Under the pieces are notes generated by a model that saw nothing but the letters and a program-made list of their open reading frames with translations, had not been told where the DNA came from and did no database searches. Both the position numbers and the translations under genes were made by a program. A stretch of 35,993 nt of DNA from Promethearchaeota archaeon. GTDB lineage: Archaea; Asgardarchaeota; Lokiarchaeia; Sigyniarchaeales; SOKP01. Shown here one piece after another: positions 1-8,293 of the stretch. The DNA lies in NCBI GenBank assembly GCA_016926735.1, contig JAFGOA010000021.1, positions 1-35,993 of the forward strand, written 5' to 3'. Numbering within the stretch: the stretch's first letter is position 1; each line of letters begins with the position of its first letter.

Positions 1-56
1 TAGAATTATATTATTAAACAATTAATTTATAATTAATAAAAGAGGCTAAGTGTGAT

Positions 57-509
57 ATGGCAGAAGAATTTAATAGCTTTCTTGCAGAAGCAAAAAAATC
101 ACCGATAGAAGATAAAGTAAATGCATTTGGAGATATTGTAGAAAAAATAATGAGTATTATATTACGTATCCCAGATTTGGTGGATCAATCTCTTTCAGGT
201 ATTAATCAAAAGATATCCAATCTAGAATCACAAATAGGTCAATTAAGAGTATCAGGAAATGTACAACCATCAATGGGAATGGGGGGCGGTCCTTCTCCTG
301 CTGGTCTTTCTACAAGCTCAAGTGTTCCGAGAGCTCCTGGAGGTCCACCTGGAGGTCCAGGACCACCCGGAGGTCCGCCCGGAGGTCCACCTGGAGGTCC
401 AAGACCACCCGGAGGTCCGGAACCTGCGCGTCCCGCAAGTCCTGTATCTCTTAGAGGTGCTATTATGGGAGAATTAAAAGAATTATTCTCTAAAAGGCGT
501 CAAGGATAA
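57..509 (+). CDS. Small coiled-coil / proline-glycine-rich protein with a C-terminal amphipathic basic helix (WH2/VCA 'C'-motif-like)
   Basis: 150-aa ORF. N-terminal heptad pattern (LVDQSLSGINQKISNLESQIGQL), central PGGPP repeats, C-terminal RGAIMGELKELFSKRRQG. Confidence 0.75.
   Translation: MAEEFNSFLAEAKKSPIEDKVNAFGDIVEKIMSIILRIPDLVDQSLSGINQKISNLESQIGQLRVSGNVQPSMGMGGGPSPAGLSTSSSVPRAPGGPPGGPGPPGGPPGGPPGGPRPPGGPEPARPASPVSLRGAIMGELKELFSKRRQG
336..419 (+). repeat. Tandem 2 x 42-bp in-frame duplication encoding PGGPPGGP(G/R)PPGGP
   Basis: 336-377 and 378-419 differ at only 2 positions (CCT/CCC and GGA/AGA). Confidence 0.9.
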
Positions 510-747
510 TTAGGGTTATTTATCAAATAATCTTCTATTTTTTATACCTTGAGAACAATTAATAATTATTATTTAATTTCTTCGATATATTTATTTTAAT
601 ATAGTCATTTTGATATTTTTCATTCTAAATAATATAGAAATAGAGAATCATAAACGGGTATTATAACCTAATTTATAATTTAACAATGATATTTAGAAGA
701 TAATAAAAATTATAATCACTGGGTTCCTAATCTTTATTTTAGAAAGA

Positions 748-1362
748 TTAGAATTCTAAAAATCCAGGATCTTCAAAAACATCTTCAATATCTCGCTTTT
801 TGCGAATATCACTTTCATCATGTTCAGAGAATAAAGAATCCTCATCAGTTTTAATTCCTTCTTCTAGTTCTTCGGTCTCTAATTTCAATAAAACATCTTT
901 CTCAAGTCTTTTATATTTTTCTGCTTTAGCTTTCCAATCATTTACTTCATTGATATCGGCATTATCTTCTTCTTCTAATAGTTGAGCCGCTTTTATTCTG
1001 CATAAACTTGATAAAAGTGAGTAGGAAAGTGCGAGTTCTCCCCATTCATTATTTTCTTTTAATTTTGCAATACCTTTTTCTAGCCTTTGTAATTCTGTAT
1101 CTGCATAAAAAACATCAATAAAATCTCCAAAAGCATCAACAGGTTCTGATATAGAGTTGATCAATACTTCTTTTTCTAATCCACAATGACCACATTTGAC
1201 CTTAGCAAACCCCTCTTGTTTCTTTAAACTTTCCACTTTAACACTTTTTTCACCACAATCCTCATTTTATAGTAAGTCTATTAAATTTTGTGGGCAGGTG
1301 AAAATTTTTGGTAATTTTTTTACCCTTTTATATGTTTGCTGTTTTCTTTTTCTTCTTCCCAA
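748..1362 (-). CDS. elf1: Transcription elongation factor Elf1 with a C-terminal extension, interrupted by a 30-nt putative intron; join(complement(1288..1362),complement(748..1257)), 194 aa spliced
   Basis: TTG start at 1362 with AGGAGA just upstream. Reads MGRRKRKQQTYKRVKKLPKIFTCPQ|CGEKSVKV...AKVKCGHCGL...EPVDAFGDFID, matching the Elf1 pattern (MGRRK, FxCPxC, CxxC, EPVDxYxxxID). The ORF track shows only the downstream part (748..1236). Confidence 0.88.
1258..1287 (-). other. Putative 30-nt BHB-type intron in elf1
   Basis: Sense sequence AATTTAATAGACTTACTATAAAATGAGGAT contains an in-frame TAA. Removing it restores CPQCG. Central helix CCAC/GAGG (3 of 4 pairs), bulges AA|A and AT|T, intron stem ATTT(A)ATAG/CTAT(A)AAAT, exon stem including TTCACC/GGTGAA. 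Confidence 0.8.
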
Positions 1363-1575
1363 TTAAATCTCCTAAGTTTTTGAATTAACTAGATAAAAAA
1401 TATATATAAAGGTAGTAATTAAATCATGATATGATATAGAATCAAAACTAAAAAATTTTTGCTTTCTAAGATTTCGATAATTTTCCATAAAATTTTTTAG
1501 GGATAATGTATATACTTATTTACTCTTTTTAGCCAAATTAATTAAATCAATGATAAATAAGAGTGGATAATAGGT

Positions 1576-2670
1576 ATGGAACATAATAATCTATCATTAG
1601 AATATGATGAAAACTTGATAAATCGAATTCTTGATGATATTAATATGAGATATATCATTCTTTTTCAATATATCATACGAAATGACCTATTTAAGAATTT
1701 AAATGATTTAGAATTATTAGAATCTTATGAAAGAATTTTAAATCTCGATGAAATTTTTAAAAATAATATAACTAAATTTTGGAATGAAAATTTCATTGAA
1801 ATAGCAATAGATCTTGGATTATTTAAGAATATTCGAAATATCAATGATTTTAAACAAAAAGATCAAGATTATATTATAAAATTAGGAGAAGAAACAGTTA
1901 CTCTAGAAGACAATACAATTTTAGTACCCGAAGATACCCTTTTTCTTATGATAAATAAAAAATTTAAACATCTTACAAGGAGAAATTTTAATTTGGCTCT
2001 CACAAAATTAAAAAGTGTAAGATGTGAATCCACTGGAGTAATTCATTCATTTATTTATACAATTGGAGAAAATGACATTACTCTTGCTGATGATGTTTAT
2101 GAGATATTGGATCAATTTGGAAATGTTTATCAATCAATTAAAATTGAGATTACAATTGAGGGATTTTATAAAAATTTTAGAGATATATATGATAAAATAG
2201 TTGAATATATAGAAATTTATGACCCAATATTTAATAATAAAAATATAATAAAAAAAATTGAAAAGGCAATTGAAGAAAATAAGGATATCTTAAAATATTT
2301 AGTTGATCAAAAAATTGTTTTACCCGAGAAATTTGATTTTAGTAAAATTGATAATAATGAGAAAATATTTAAAGATTGGAATTTACAATTGATTGATCTT
2401 CTACATTTTAGATATAAAATGAATAAGATAGATGAAGAACTTGAAAAGATTAGATGTTATTATACAGGTAAAAATAGAAAAAATAGTTATCTTCAATTTA
2501 TAGAAAAAATATCATTTGACGAAGATAACATTAATGAAAAAATAAAAAATGAATTAATCACTTTAAAAAACAAGATAGTGGATATTAATAAAATCTTGAA
2601 ACTTCTAACTAAAAAACAAATAAAACTATTAAATTTAGATTATGAAAGATTTTTCATTACAAATAATTAA
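1576..2670 (+). CDS. Uncharacterised protein, first gene of the SMC-like operon; probable winged-helix followed by a helical bundle
   Basis: 364-aa ORF with GGT before ATG. WH-like segment (PEDTLFLMINKKFKHLTRRNFNLALTKL...ITLADDVYEILDQF) followed by a long amphipathic helical C-terminal half. Confidence 0.7.
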   Translation: MEHNNLSLEYDENLINRILDDINMRYIILFQYIIRNDLFKNLNDLELLESYERILNLDEIFKNNITKFWNENFIEIAIDLGLFKNIRNINDFKQKDQDYIIKLGEETVTLEDNTILVPEDTLFLMINKKFKHLTRRNFNLALTKLKSVRCESTGVIHSFIYTIGENDITLADDVYEILDQFGNVYQSIKIEITIEGFYKNFRDIYDKIVEYIEIYDPIFNNKNIIKKIEKAIEENKDILKYLVDQKIVLPEKFDFSKIDNNEKIFKDWNLQLIDLLHFRYKMNKIDEELEKIRCYYTGKNRKNSYLQFIEKISFDEDNINEKIKNELITLKNKIVDINKILKLLTKKQIKLLNLDYERFFITNN

Positions 2671-2688
2671 AATTAGTCAATACTAGCT

Positions 2689-3666
2689 ATGAAATGTCCA
2701 GCATGTAATATTGAAATGAAGACCTTGGTTGAAGGAATTTTTCAATGTCCTCAATGCAAAAAAATCACTAAAGAAAAAACTGAAAAAGAAGAGGAATTAG
2801 AAAAGAAATCAACACTTGAAGGGGAAATAATTAATGGAGATTGGTTTCATAAACATGTTTCGCTTAATTCAGCATATGAAGTATGTGAAAAAGGTATAAT
2901 TATCAACAAAACAGATACTAGAATGTTTGCTGTATTAATATGTCACAGCGCGTATTTAAAAGATGAAAGATATATAAGACTTTCTTGGTGGAAAAAATCT
3001 TTTTATCAACATGCTGGGATGATAAAAATATATGAACCTGATGTATTAATAAATTTAATTAAATCATTAGAGTCTCTCGATCGTGATTTTGATGAATTTT
3101 GGACATTTAAAGGTAAATTTAGAGAAAAAAAATCAAATAATGAAGAAGATTCAATAAAAGAAAAAAATCTAGAATTAATAAAATACAGAATAATTGAAAA
3201 TCGAACATGTCCTAATTGTCAAAAAAAAATGAAAAAAGAAAAATCTCACTATGAATGCCCCCATTGTGGGGAAATTGTTATCTTAGAGGGGTATAATCAA
3301 CCAATATTTAATATACCTCCTTCTGAACTTAAGTTAAATTTTCAAGGTAATTTTCCAATTAATTTTTATTTACCTGTAAGTGGGATAACGATAAAATGGC
3401 TTATGGGAGAATGGAAAGCTTTAGTTGTTATTTATTCTAAAGATAATCCTAATAAAAAATGGCTTAGATTTTATTGGTGGACAAGAGATTTAAAAAGTGT
3501 TCTTAAATACGGAATTACTGAAATTGGAGATGGATCAAAACTGGGTTGGAAAGCTCAAAAAGGGTCAGGAAACAGTAATATTTATAATAAAAAATTAATT
3601 AGGCCATTAATTGAATCTTTGAAAAAAATAGCTAAAGAATTAGATTGGAATATTCATCTTAATTAA
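2689..3666 (+). CDS. Internally duplicated protein: 2 x [C4 zinc ribbon + beta-beta-beta-alpha domain resembling the PC4/PUR fold]
   Basis: CPAC..CPQC and CPNC..CPHC zinc ribbons. Repeated IRLSWW/LRFYWW and IYEPDVLINLIKSL/IYNKKLIRPLIESL segments. Confidence 0.7.
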   Translation: MKCPACNIEMKTLVEGIFQCPQCKKITKEKTEKEEELEKKSTLEGEIINGDWFHKHVSLNSAYEVCEKGIIINKTDTRMFAVLICHSAYLKDERYIRLSWWKKSFYQHAGMIKIYEPDVLINLIKSLESLDRDFDEFWTFKGKFREKKSNNEEDSIKEKNLELIKYRIIENRTCPNCQKKMKKEKSHYECPHCGEIVILEGYNQPIFNIPPSELKLNFQGNFPINFYLPVSGITIKWLMGEWKALVVIYSKDNPNKKWLRFYWWTRDLKSVLKYGITEIGDGSKLGWKAQKGSGNSNIYNKKLIRPLIESLKKIAKELDWNIHLN

Positions 3667-3682
3667 AATTATATAATTTATC

Positions 3683-4825
3683 ATGTCTGAAAGTAAAGAT
3701 CAAACTTGGAAAAGCTTATTGGATGAATTTAAAAAAAGTGTAGAAAAAGTTATTGTTCAATTAGAAAAAAGAGATATCGAAAGAATACCTGGTTCTAGAG
3801 AGGCTCTTTTAAGACGACTAGAGGATATTAAAAATCAATTTCCCAAAAATCAAGGGGAAATATTCATTAAAGCAATTGATGACAAGATTCAAAATGCTTT
3901 CTTTCCTAGTACTCTAGACTTTAGTGAAGCTTTTAAGAAAATTTTAATATCACGCACTCATGAACAAGATTTTATTATAAATGAATTAATAAATGGATTT
4001 ATTTCATCAAAATCCAAAGCAATAGCTTCGGGAACACAAGTTCCTATTATTGATCGAATGGTAGAGGCTTTTAGTAGGAGAAATGATTTTCACATTGTTG
4101 ACCATCAATTTTATGCTATGTTTGGAGATCCAAATAATCCCAAACAATATATTAAAAAACAACTAGATGAGCTGGTAAAATTATTCGGTCTGGTTTCAAA
4201 AGAATTAATTATTGAAAAAGATAAAAGGAGAAGTGAAAAAAAAATCTATACTTTCTATACCTTTCCTGATGAGATCTTAAAAATACTTGAAGAAAAATAT
4301 TTAATTTTAGATGAAAAATTGGGATATACCTATGTTTCTGAAGAATTTGATCGAAATGTTTTTATTTGCATGTTTTTAGCAAATATTGCTATTAACCGTG
4401 AAAATCTTGATAAAATAGGCGGAGAATATACAATTAATGGAATATCTGCAATTTTCGCTTTAATTTTGTTACTAAGTTTTATGCCAAAATTATCTGTAAA
4501 TGAAGATAATCCAATACTTCGAGATCCAACATATAATGATAGTAATATGAGTGTTATTCCAAAATCATGGATGATGAAACAGGTACTGGATGACCTATTT
4601 GATCCATTGATTAAAATTATAGCATACAGGTTAGGTGGGGGATTATGGTATACAAAAATAATTGATTCAGATGTAAGAAAAAACCTAGTCAATCAAATTC
4701 GCTTTCTTATTAGAGATATTAACAAATGGATCCTCGGAGAGATGATAAGGATTGAAATACCGATATTTGTTGAAATCTCTAATATATTCACACAAATCTT
4801 TATTGATAGTAATAGAGATACCTAA
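3683..4825 (+). CDS. Uncharacterised protein with a probable central winged-helix
   Basis: 380-aa ORF in the operon. The segment YIKKQLDELVKLFGLVSKE...YTFYTFPDEILKIL resembles a WH recognition helix and wing. Confidence 0.65.
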   Translation: MSESKDQTWKSLLDEFKKSVEKVIVQLEKRDIERIPGSREALLRRLEDIKNQFPKNQGEIFIKAIDDKIQNAFFPSTLDFSEAFKKILISRTHEQDFIINELINGFISSKSKAIASGTQVPIIDRMVEAFSRRNDFHIVDHQFYAMFGDPNNPKQYIKKQLDELVKLFGLVSKELIIEKDKRRSEKKIYTFYTFPDEILKILEEKYLILDEKLGYTYVSEEFDRNVFICMFLANIAINRENLDKIGGEYTINGISAIFALILLLSFMPKLSVNEDNPILRDPTYNDSNMSVIPKSWMMKQVLDDLFDPLIKIIAYRLGGGLWYTKIIDSDVRKNLVNQIRFLIRDINKWILGEMIRIEIPIFVEISNIFTQIFIDSNRDT

Positions 4826-4848
4826 AAAACTAAGAAGAGGGAAATTAA

Positions 4849-6111
4849 ATGAGATTAGAAAAATGGACAGATATTCTACCAAGATATCAAACATTTCTTA
4901 GTCATATGAAACCTATCCTTAGAGAAACAAGAAGAATTATTGAGGATCTGGACCCTGATCTCTTATATGATCCTGAAGTGTTAGATAAAATAAGAGAAGA
5001 AGAAGAAAAAAGAAATGTAAGAAAAGTTCGAGCTTTATCTGAATTCTCTGCAATGTATAGATCAAATGTATATGAAATTATGAAGGATTTTATCACAAAA
5101 TACAAAGATAGAATTTCTTTAATTGATATAAAAGATTATATAATTGAATTTCTTCAAGAATCTGTAGATGCTTTAGCTATTTTAGGAAATATAACTAATC
5201 CTGATGAACGAAATTTAGAAAATACCTACTTATATAAATTAACTAAATTTATTGAAAATATTTTATTTCCAAGAGGTACATCTTTAAAAAAGATATATGA
5301 AAGATTGCTTGAATATGCACCTCAATTCTATGAATCACAAAGACATATACTTATGTCACACACTCATTATAGAGATGAATTAGAAAACAAGGATTTTTTC
5401 ATTATACCAGGGATGTCTCCCAAAGTATATCAAATTATAAATAATATTACATCGTTATTTAATTTGGATCCTAATTATGGGGATTTTCCCGAAAGAGAAA
5501 ATCATGAAATTCCTTTAATCTTAAAAAATGATGTTTTTTTGCCATATATTGATTCGATCGCTAGTGCCGAAGAAGATGCAATTGAAAAAATTGTTGAAAG
5601 AATAGGTCTAAGAGTAATAGATGGAATTTTCTTAGGTCCTAATGAAAAATTAGTAGATATTCTCTTGGACAATAATTATTTTAGAATAAATAAACAATCA
5701 GATGGGATAAGCAGACTTATTCCTCAATTTAGTAATGAAACACTTATTCTTTATTATTTAGCATTTGCTTCAAAGAGTAGAGGTTTTCTAACAAAAGAAA
5801 TAATTAATTGGATTGCAATGAATTTTGCTTTTTTGATATATATGGGTATTTTGAAATGGAAATTATCTGATGAGAATATTTTTTACGGTATATTTAAAGA
5901 TCTTCAGACAAATGAGAAGGTATTACCTTATTTAATGAAATTGATTTGTTTTCCAAATTATATAAGTTTAGATAAAATGCAAATAAGAGACTCTCCCCAA
6001 TATAGAAAAGAGATTTTTAATTTTATAGGATCACAGATTGATAATATTCAAAATTTAATTGATGAAGTTGGAAATCATTGTCAAAATATCGAAAATGAAA
6101 ATAATAATTAA
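4849..6111 (+). CDS. Uncharacterised, mostly helical protein in the SMC-like operon
   Basis: 420-aa ORF with a GAGGG RBS-like motif upstream and a 23-nt gap to the previous gene. Confidence 0.7.
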   Translation: MRLEKWTDILPRYQTFLSHMKPILRETRRIIEDLDPDLLYDPEVLDKIREEEEKRNVRKVRALSEFSAMYRSNVYEIMKDFITKYKDRISLIDIKDYIIEFLQESVDALAILGNITNPDERNLENTYLYKLTKFIENILFPRGTSLKKIYERLLEYAPQFYESQRHILMSHTHYRDELENKDFFIIPGMSPKVYQIINNITSLFNLDPNYGDFPERENHEIPLILKNDVFLPYIDSIASAEEDAIEKIVERIGLRVIDGIFLGPNEKLVDILLDNNYFRINKQSDGISRLIPQFSNETLILYYLAFASKSRGFLTKEIINWIAMNFAFLIYMGILKWKLSDENIFYGIFKDLQTNEKVLPYLMKLICFPNYISLDKMQIRDSPQYRKEIFNFIGSQIDNIQNLIDEVGNHCQNIENENNN

Positions 6112-6129
6112 CAATTATAGAAATAGGAT

Positions 6130-7215
6130 GTGAATAAAATTACGTTTAAAGATGAAGAAATAAAGGAAAGATTAGGTAAATATGGAGTGGTTTATTTACC
6201 ACAAGATATAAAAGAAGAAATTGATGATATTAAAGGAAATAACGAAATAAAAGAGCGATTAGAGGACTTTTTCAATGCTCTTATTAAATATGAAGAAATG
6301 GTAGAACAACTAAAAAAAACAAAATTATCACCTAATTTAACAGTATTATTATATGGTCCCCCTGGTACGGGAAAAACTTCCTTGACAAGAGCTTATTCTA
6401 AAAAATACAATATTCCTATGTGTATTGTTGAATCTGATCGATTGGTTTCACCACTTTTAGGGGATACTATTAAAAATTTAAGAAACGTTGTTGAATTATC
6501 AGCAGAAATAGCTAAAGAAAATGGTGTGTTTGTTTTGTTCTTTGATGAAATTGATGCTATTGGATCAGAAAGATCAAATATCCATGAGGTAGGTGAAATT
6601 AAAAGAGCTGTTATTTCGTTTCTCCAAGTGATTGATAGAGTTAATTATGAAGGATTACCTCTGGCTATTATAGGTGCTACAAATCATCAGCACCAACTTG
6701 ATTCTGCAATATGGCGTCGTTTTACTTTCCATTTAGAATTTAATTTTCCAGATTATGAAATGAGGAAAAGTATTATTGAGTCTTTTTTGATTAAAATTGA
6801 AAAGGCAAATATAGGAGTAGACAAAAAAATTCAAGAATCATTAGAAAACGAATATAAAAAAATTAAAGAAATACATCAAAGTCTAGAATCTAAATTTGGG
6901 CGTAGGATCAATGAATTTGAGGACAATATCTTATGGAATGAGGTTGAAAAAAAAATAAATTTGAAGGGATTAATACATCTAACAATAGGATATTCAGGCT
7001 CTGATATTGAAAGAGGTACAAGAGTTGCTATATTTAAAGTAATTCATACTGGTCTTTTAACATTTGATCTCTTTTATAACTCATTAAATCTTGTAGGAGG
7101 TACTGCCATTCATGTTGAAAGACAAGATGTTGTAAGTAATATCCAAACTACAGAAAAAAAACAAAATAAATATAGTGTAAATAAAAAAAAATCGTCTGGT
7201 CCTCCAGAAATTTAA
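6130..7215 (+). CDS. Single-module AAA+ ATPase, IetA-like
   Basis: Walker A GPPGTGKT, Walker B VLFFDEID, GEIKRAV, sensor-1 GATNH, arginine-finger region LDSAIWRRF, YSGSDI. GTG start. Confidence 0.9.
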   Translation: MNKITFKDEEIKERLGKYGVVYLPQDIKEEIDDIKGNNEIKERLEDFFNALIKYEEMVEQLKKTKLSPNLTVLLYGPPGTGKTSLTRAYSKKYNIPMCIVESDRLVSPLLGDTIKNLRNVVELSAEIAKENGVFVLFFDEIDAIGSERSNIHEVGEIKRAVISFLQVIDRVNYEGLPLAIIGATNHQHQLDSAIWRRFTFHLEFNFPDYEMRKSIIESFLIKIEKANIGVDKKIQESLENEYKKIKEIHQSLESKFGRRINEFEDNILWNEVEKKINLKGLIHLTIGYSGSDIERGTRVAIFKVIHTGLLTFDLFYNSLNLVGGTAIHVERQDVVSNIQTTEKKQNKYSVNKKKSSGPPEI

Positions 7216-7236
7216 AATTATATTTTTTCTTATAAT

Positions 7237-8274
7237 GTGATATATATGGAGGATAAAATTTTTGATCTTGATAATATAAAGCAATATTTTTATCCAATCG
7301 AAGAAATACAAAGTAAAATTAGTTATATTAATTCTATTCTTATTAAGAACAATAGTCTAAATCAATCCATTGAAAATTATGTTGAAAATGAAGAATTAAA
7401 AATAAATATTAAACAAAACGCTTCAAATATAAATGACCTAAGTTTAAAATTAATTAATATTATCAATAACAACTTAAAAAAATATATAATTTTTGAAGAT
7501 AATCTAATTAAGAAATATAAAGATGTTTACTTAAATAAAATAAAATTATTGAATGCAGATCAAAATTTTCTGAAAAAAATAGGGTTATTTCTTATAGACA
7601 CTAAACAAATCTCAAAAGTTATTCAAGAAACATCATATATTCCATCAATAACCTATAATAATTGGTCAGATTTATTAGATTCCCTCAAAAATAATTCATC
7701 GTTTATTGCTATAATCGATAAAATAGATAAATTTTACAATAAAATAATAAAAGAAAAATTAAAAGAAATTATTTCAAAAATTCCTAATGATATTAGTCCA
7801 ATAATTATCGCAGATTTTAAAAAAGAATTTCTGAAAAATCCTAATATTTCATTTAATGATTTCGTTAAAAATATCGAAAATAAACTAACAGAAAAAGAAT
7901 TTATAGAAAGAAAAGAAATAATAGAAGAATCAAGGGAAAAACAAAAAATCGAAGAATTAAAGAAAACTCAAGAAGAACAGAAAAAATCTTATGAAGATTA
8001 CTTTAAATATTCTGATAAAGAGTTTGAAAGAAGAAGAAGAAAAAAAAAAAGAGAAAAATTATCTGAAATCTCTGAGAAAGCAATTAAAAATGATACTATT
8101 AATGAAGAAATTACAGAAAAAATAAAACAATTTAAATCTAAATTTGGAAACTCATTTGAAGAAAAATATCTTATTCAAAAAGATGATAATAAAGATCCTC
8201 TTAATATAATCCGTGAAAGAAAGAAAAAAAAAGAAGAAGAATACAAAAAGTTCCTAAATAAATTGAAAGAATAA
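7237..8274 (+). CDS. Charged coiled-coil protein (start may be ATG at 7246)
   Basis: 345-aa ORF with a K/E/R-rich C-terminal half (EFERRRRKKKREK). Confidence 0.7.
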   Translation: MIYMEDKIFDLDNIKQYFYPIEEIQSKISYINSILIKNNSLNQSIENYVENEELKINIKQNASNINDLSLKLINIINNNLKKYIIFEDNLIKKYKDVYLNKIKLLNADQNFLKKIGLFLIDTKQISKVIQETSYIPSITYNNWSDLLDSLKNNSSFIAIIDKIDKFYNKIIKEKLKEIISKIPNDISPIIIADFKKEFLKNPNISFNDFVKNIENKLTEKEFIERKEIIEESREKQKIEELKKTQEEQKKSYEDYFKYSDKEFERRRRKKKREKLSEISEKAIKNDTINEEITEKIKQFKSKFGNSFEEKYLIQKDDNKDPLNIIRERKKKKEEEYKKFLNKLKE

Positions 8275-8293
8275 TAAAAAAGTGTGATTTAAT

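Noticed and set aside
336-419. Short GGAGGTCC repeats as a CRISPR array
   Set aside because: The repeats are in-frame coding repeats with no unique spacers, and there are no cas genes.
259-477. 72-aa alternative-frame ORF with EVHLEVQDHP repeats
   Set aside because: It is a shadow of the GC-rich proline repeat in 57..509 and has no independent support.
748-1236. ORF-track start at 1236 as the real gene start
   Set aside because: It omits the Elf1 N-terminus and the first CxxC, which are present in frame upstream beyond the 30-nt insertion.
1258-1287. Insertions as spliceosomal introns or transposon footprints
   Set aside because: No frame-restoring placement gives GT...AG ends, and no target-site duplication or terminal inverted repeat typical of an IS or MITE was seen.
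6130-7215. Vps4/CdvC (ESCRT) assignment for the AAA ATPase
   Set aside because: There is no MIT domain, no aromatic pore loop (KW.GE) and no recognisable ESCRT-III neighbour.
8282-8287. GTG at 8282 as start of the SMC-like gene
   Set aside because: It is immediately followed by in-frame TGA and more likely forms part of the ribosome-binding site.
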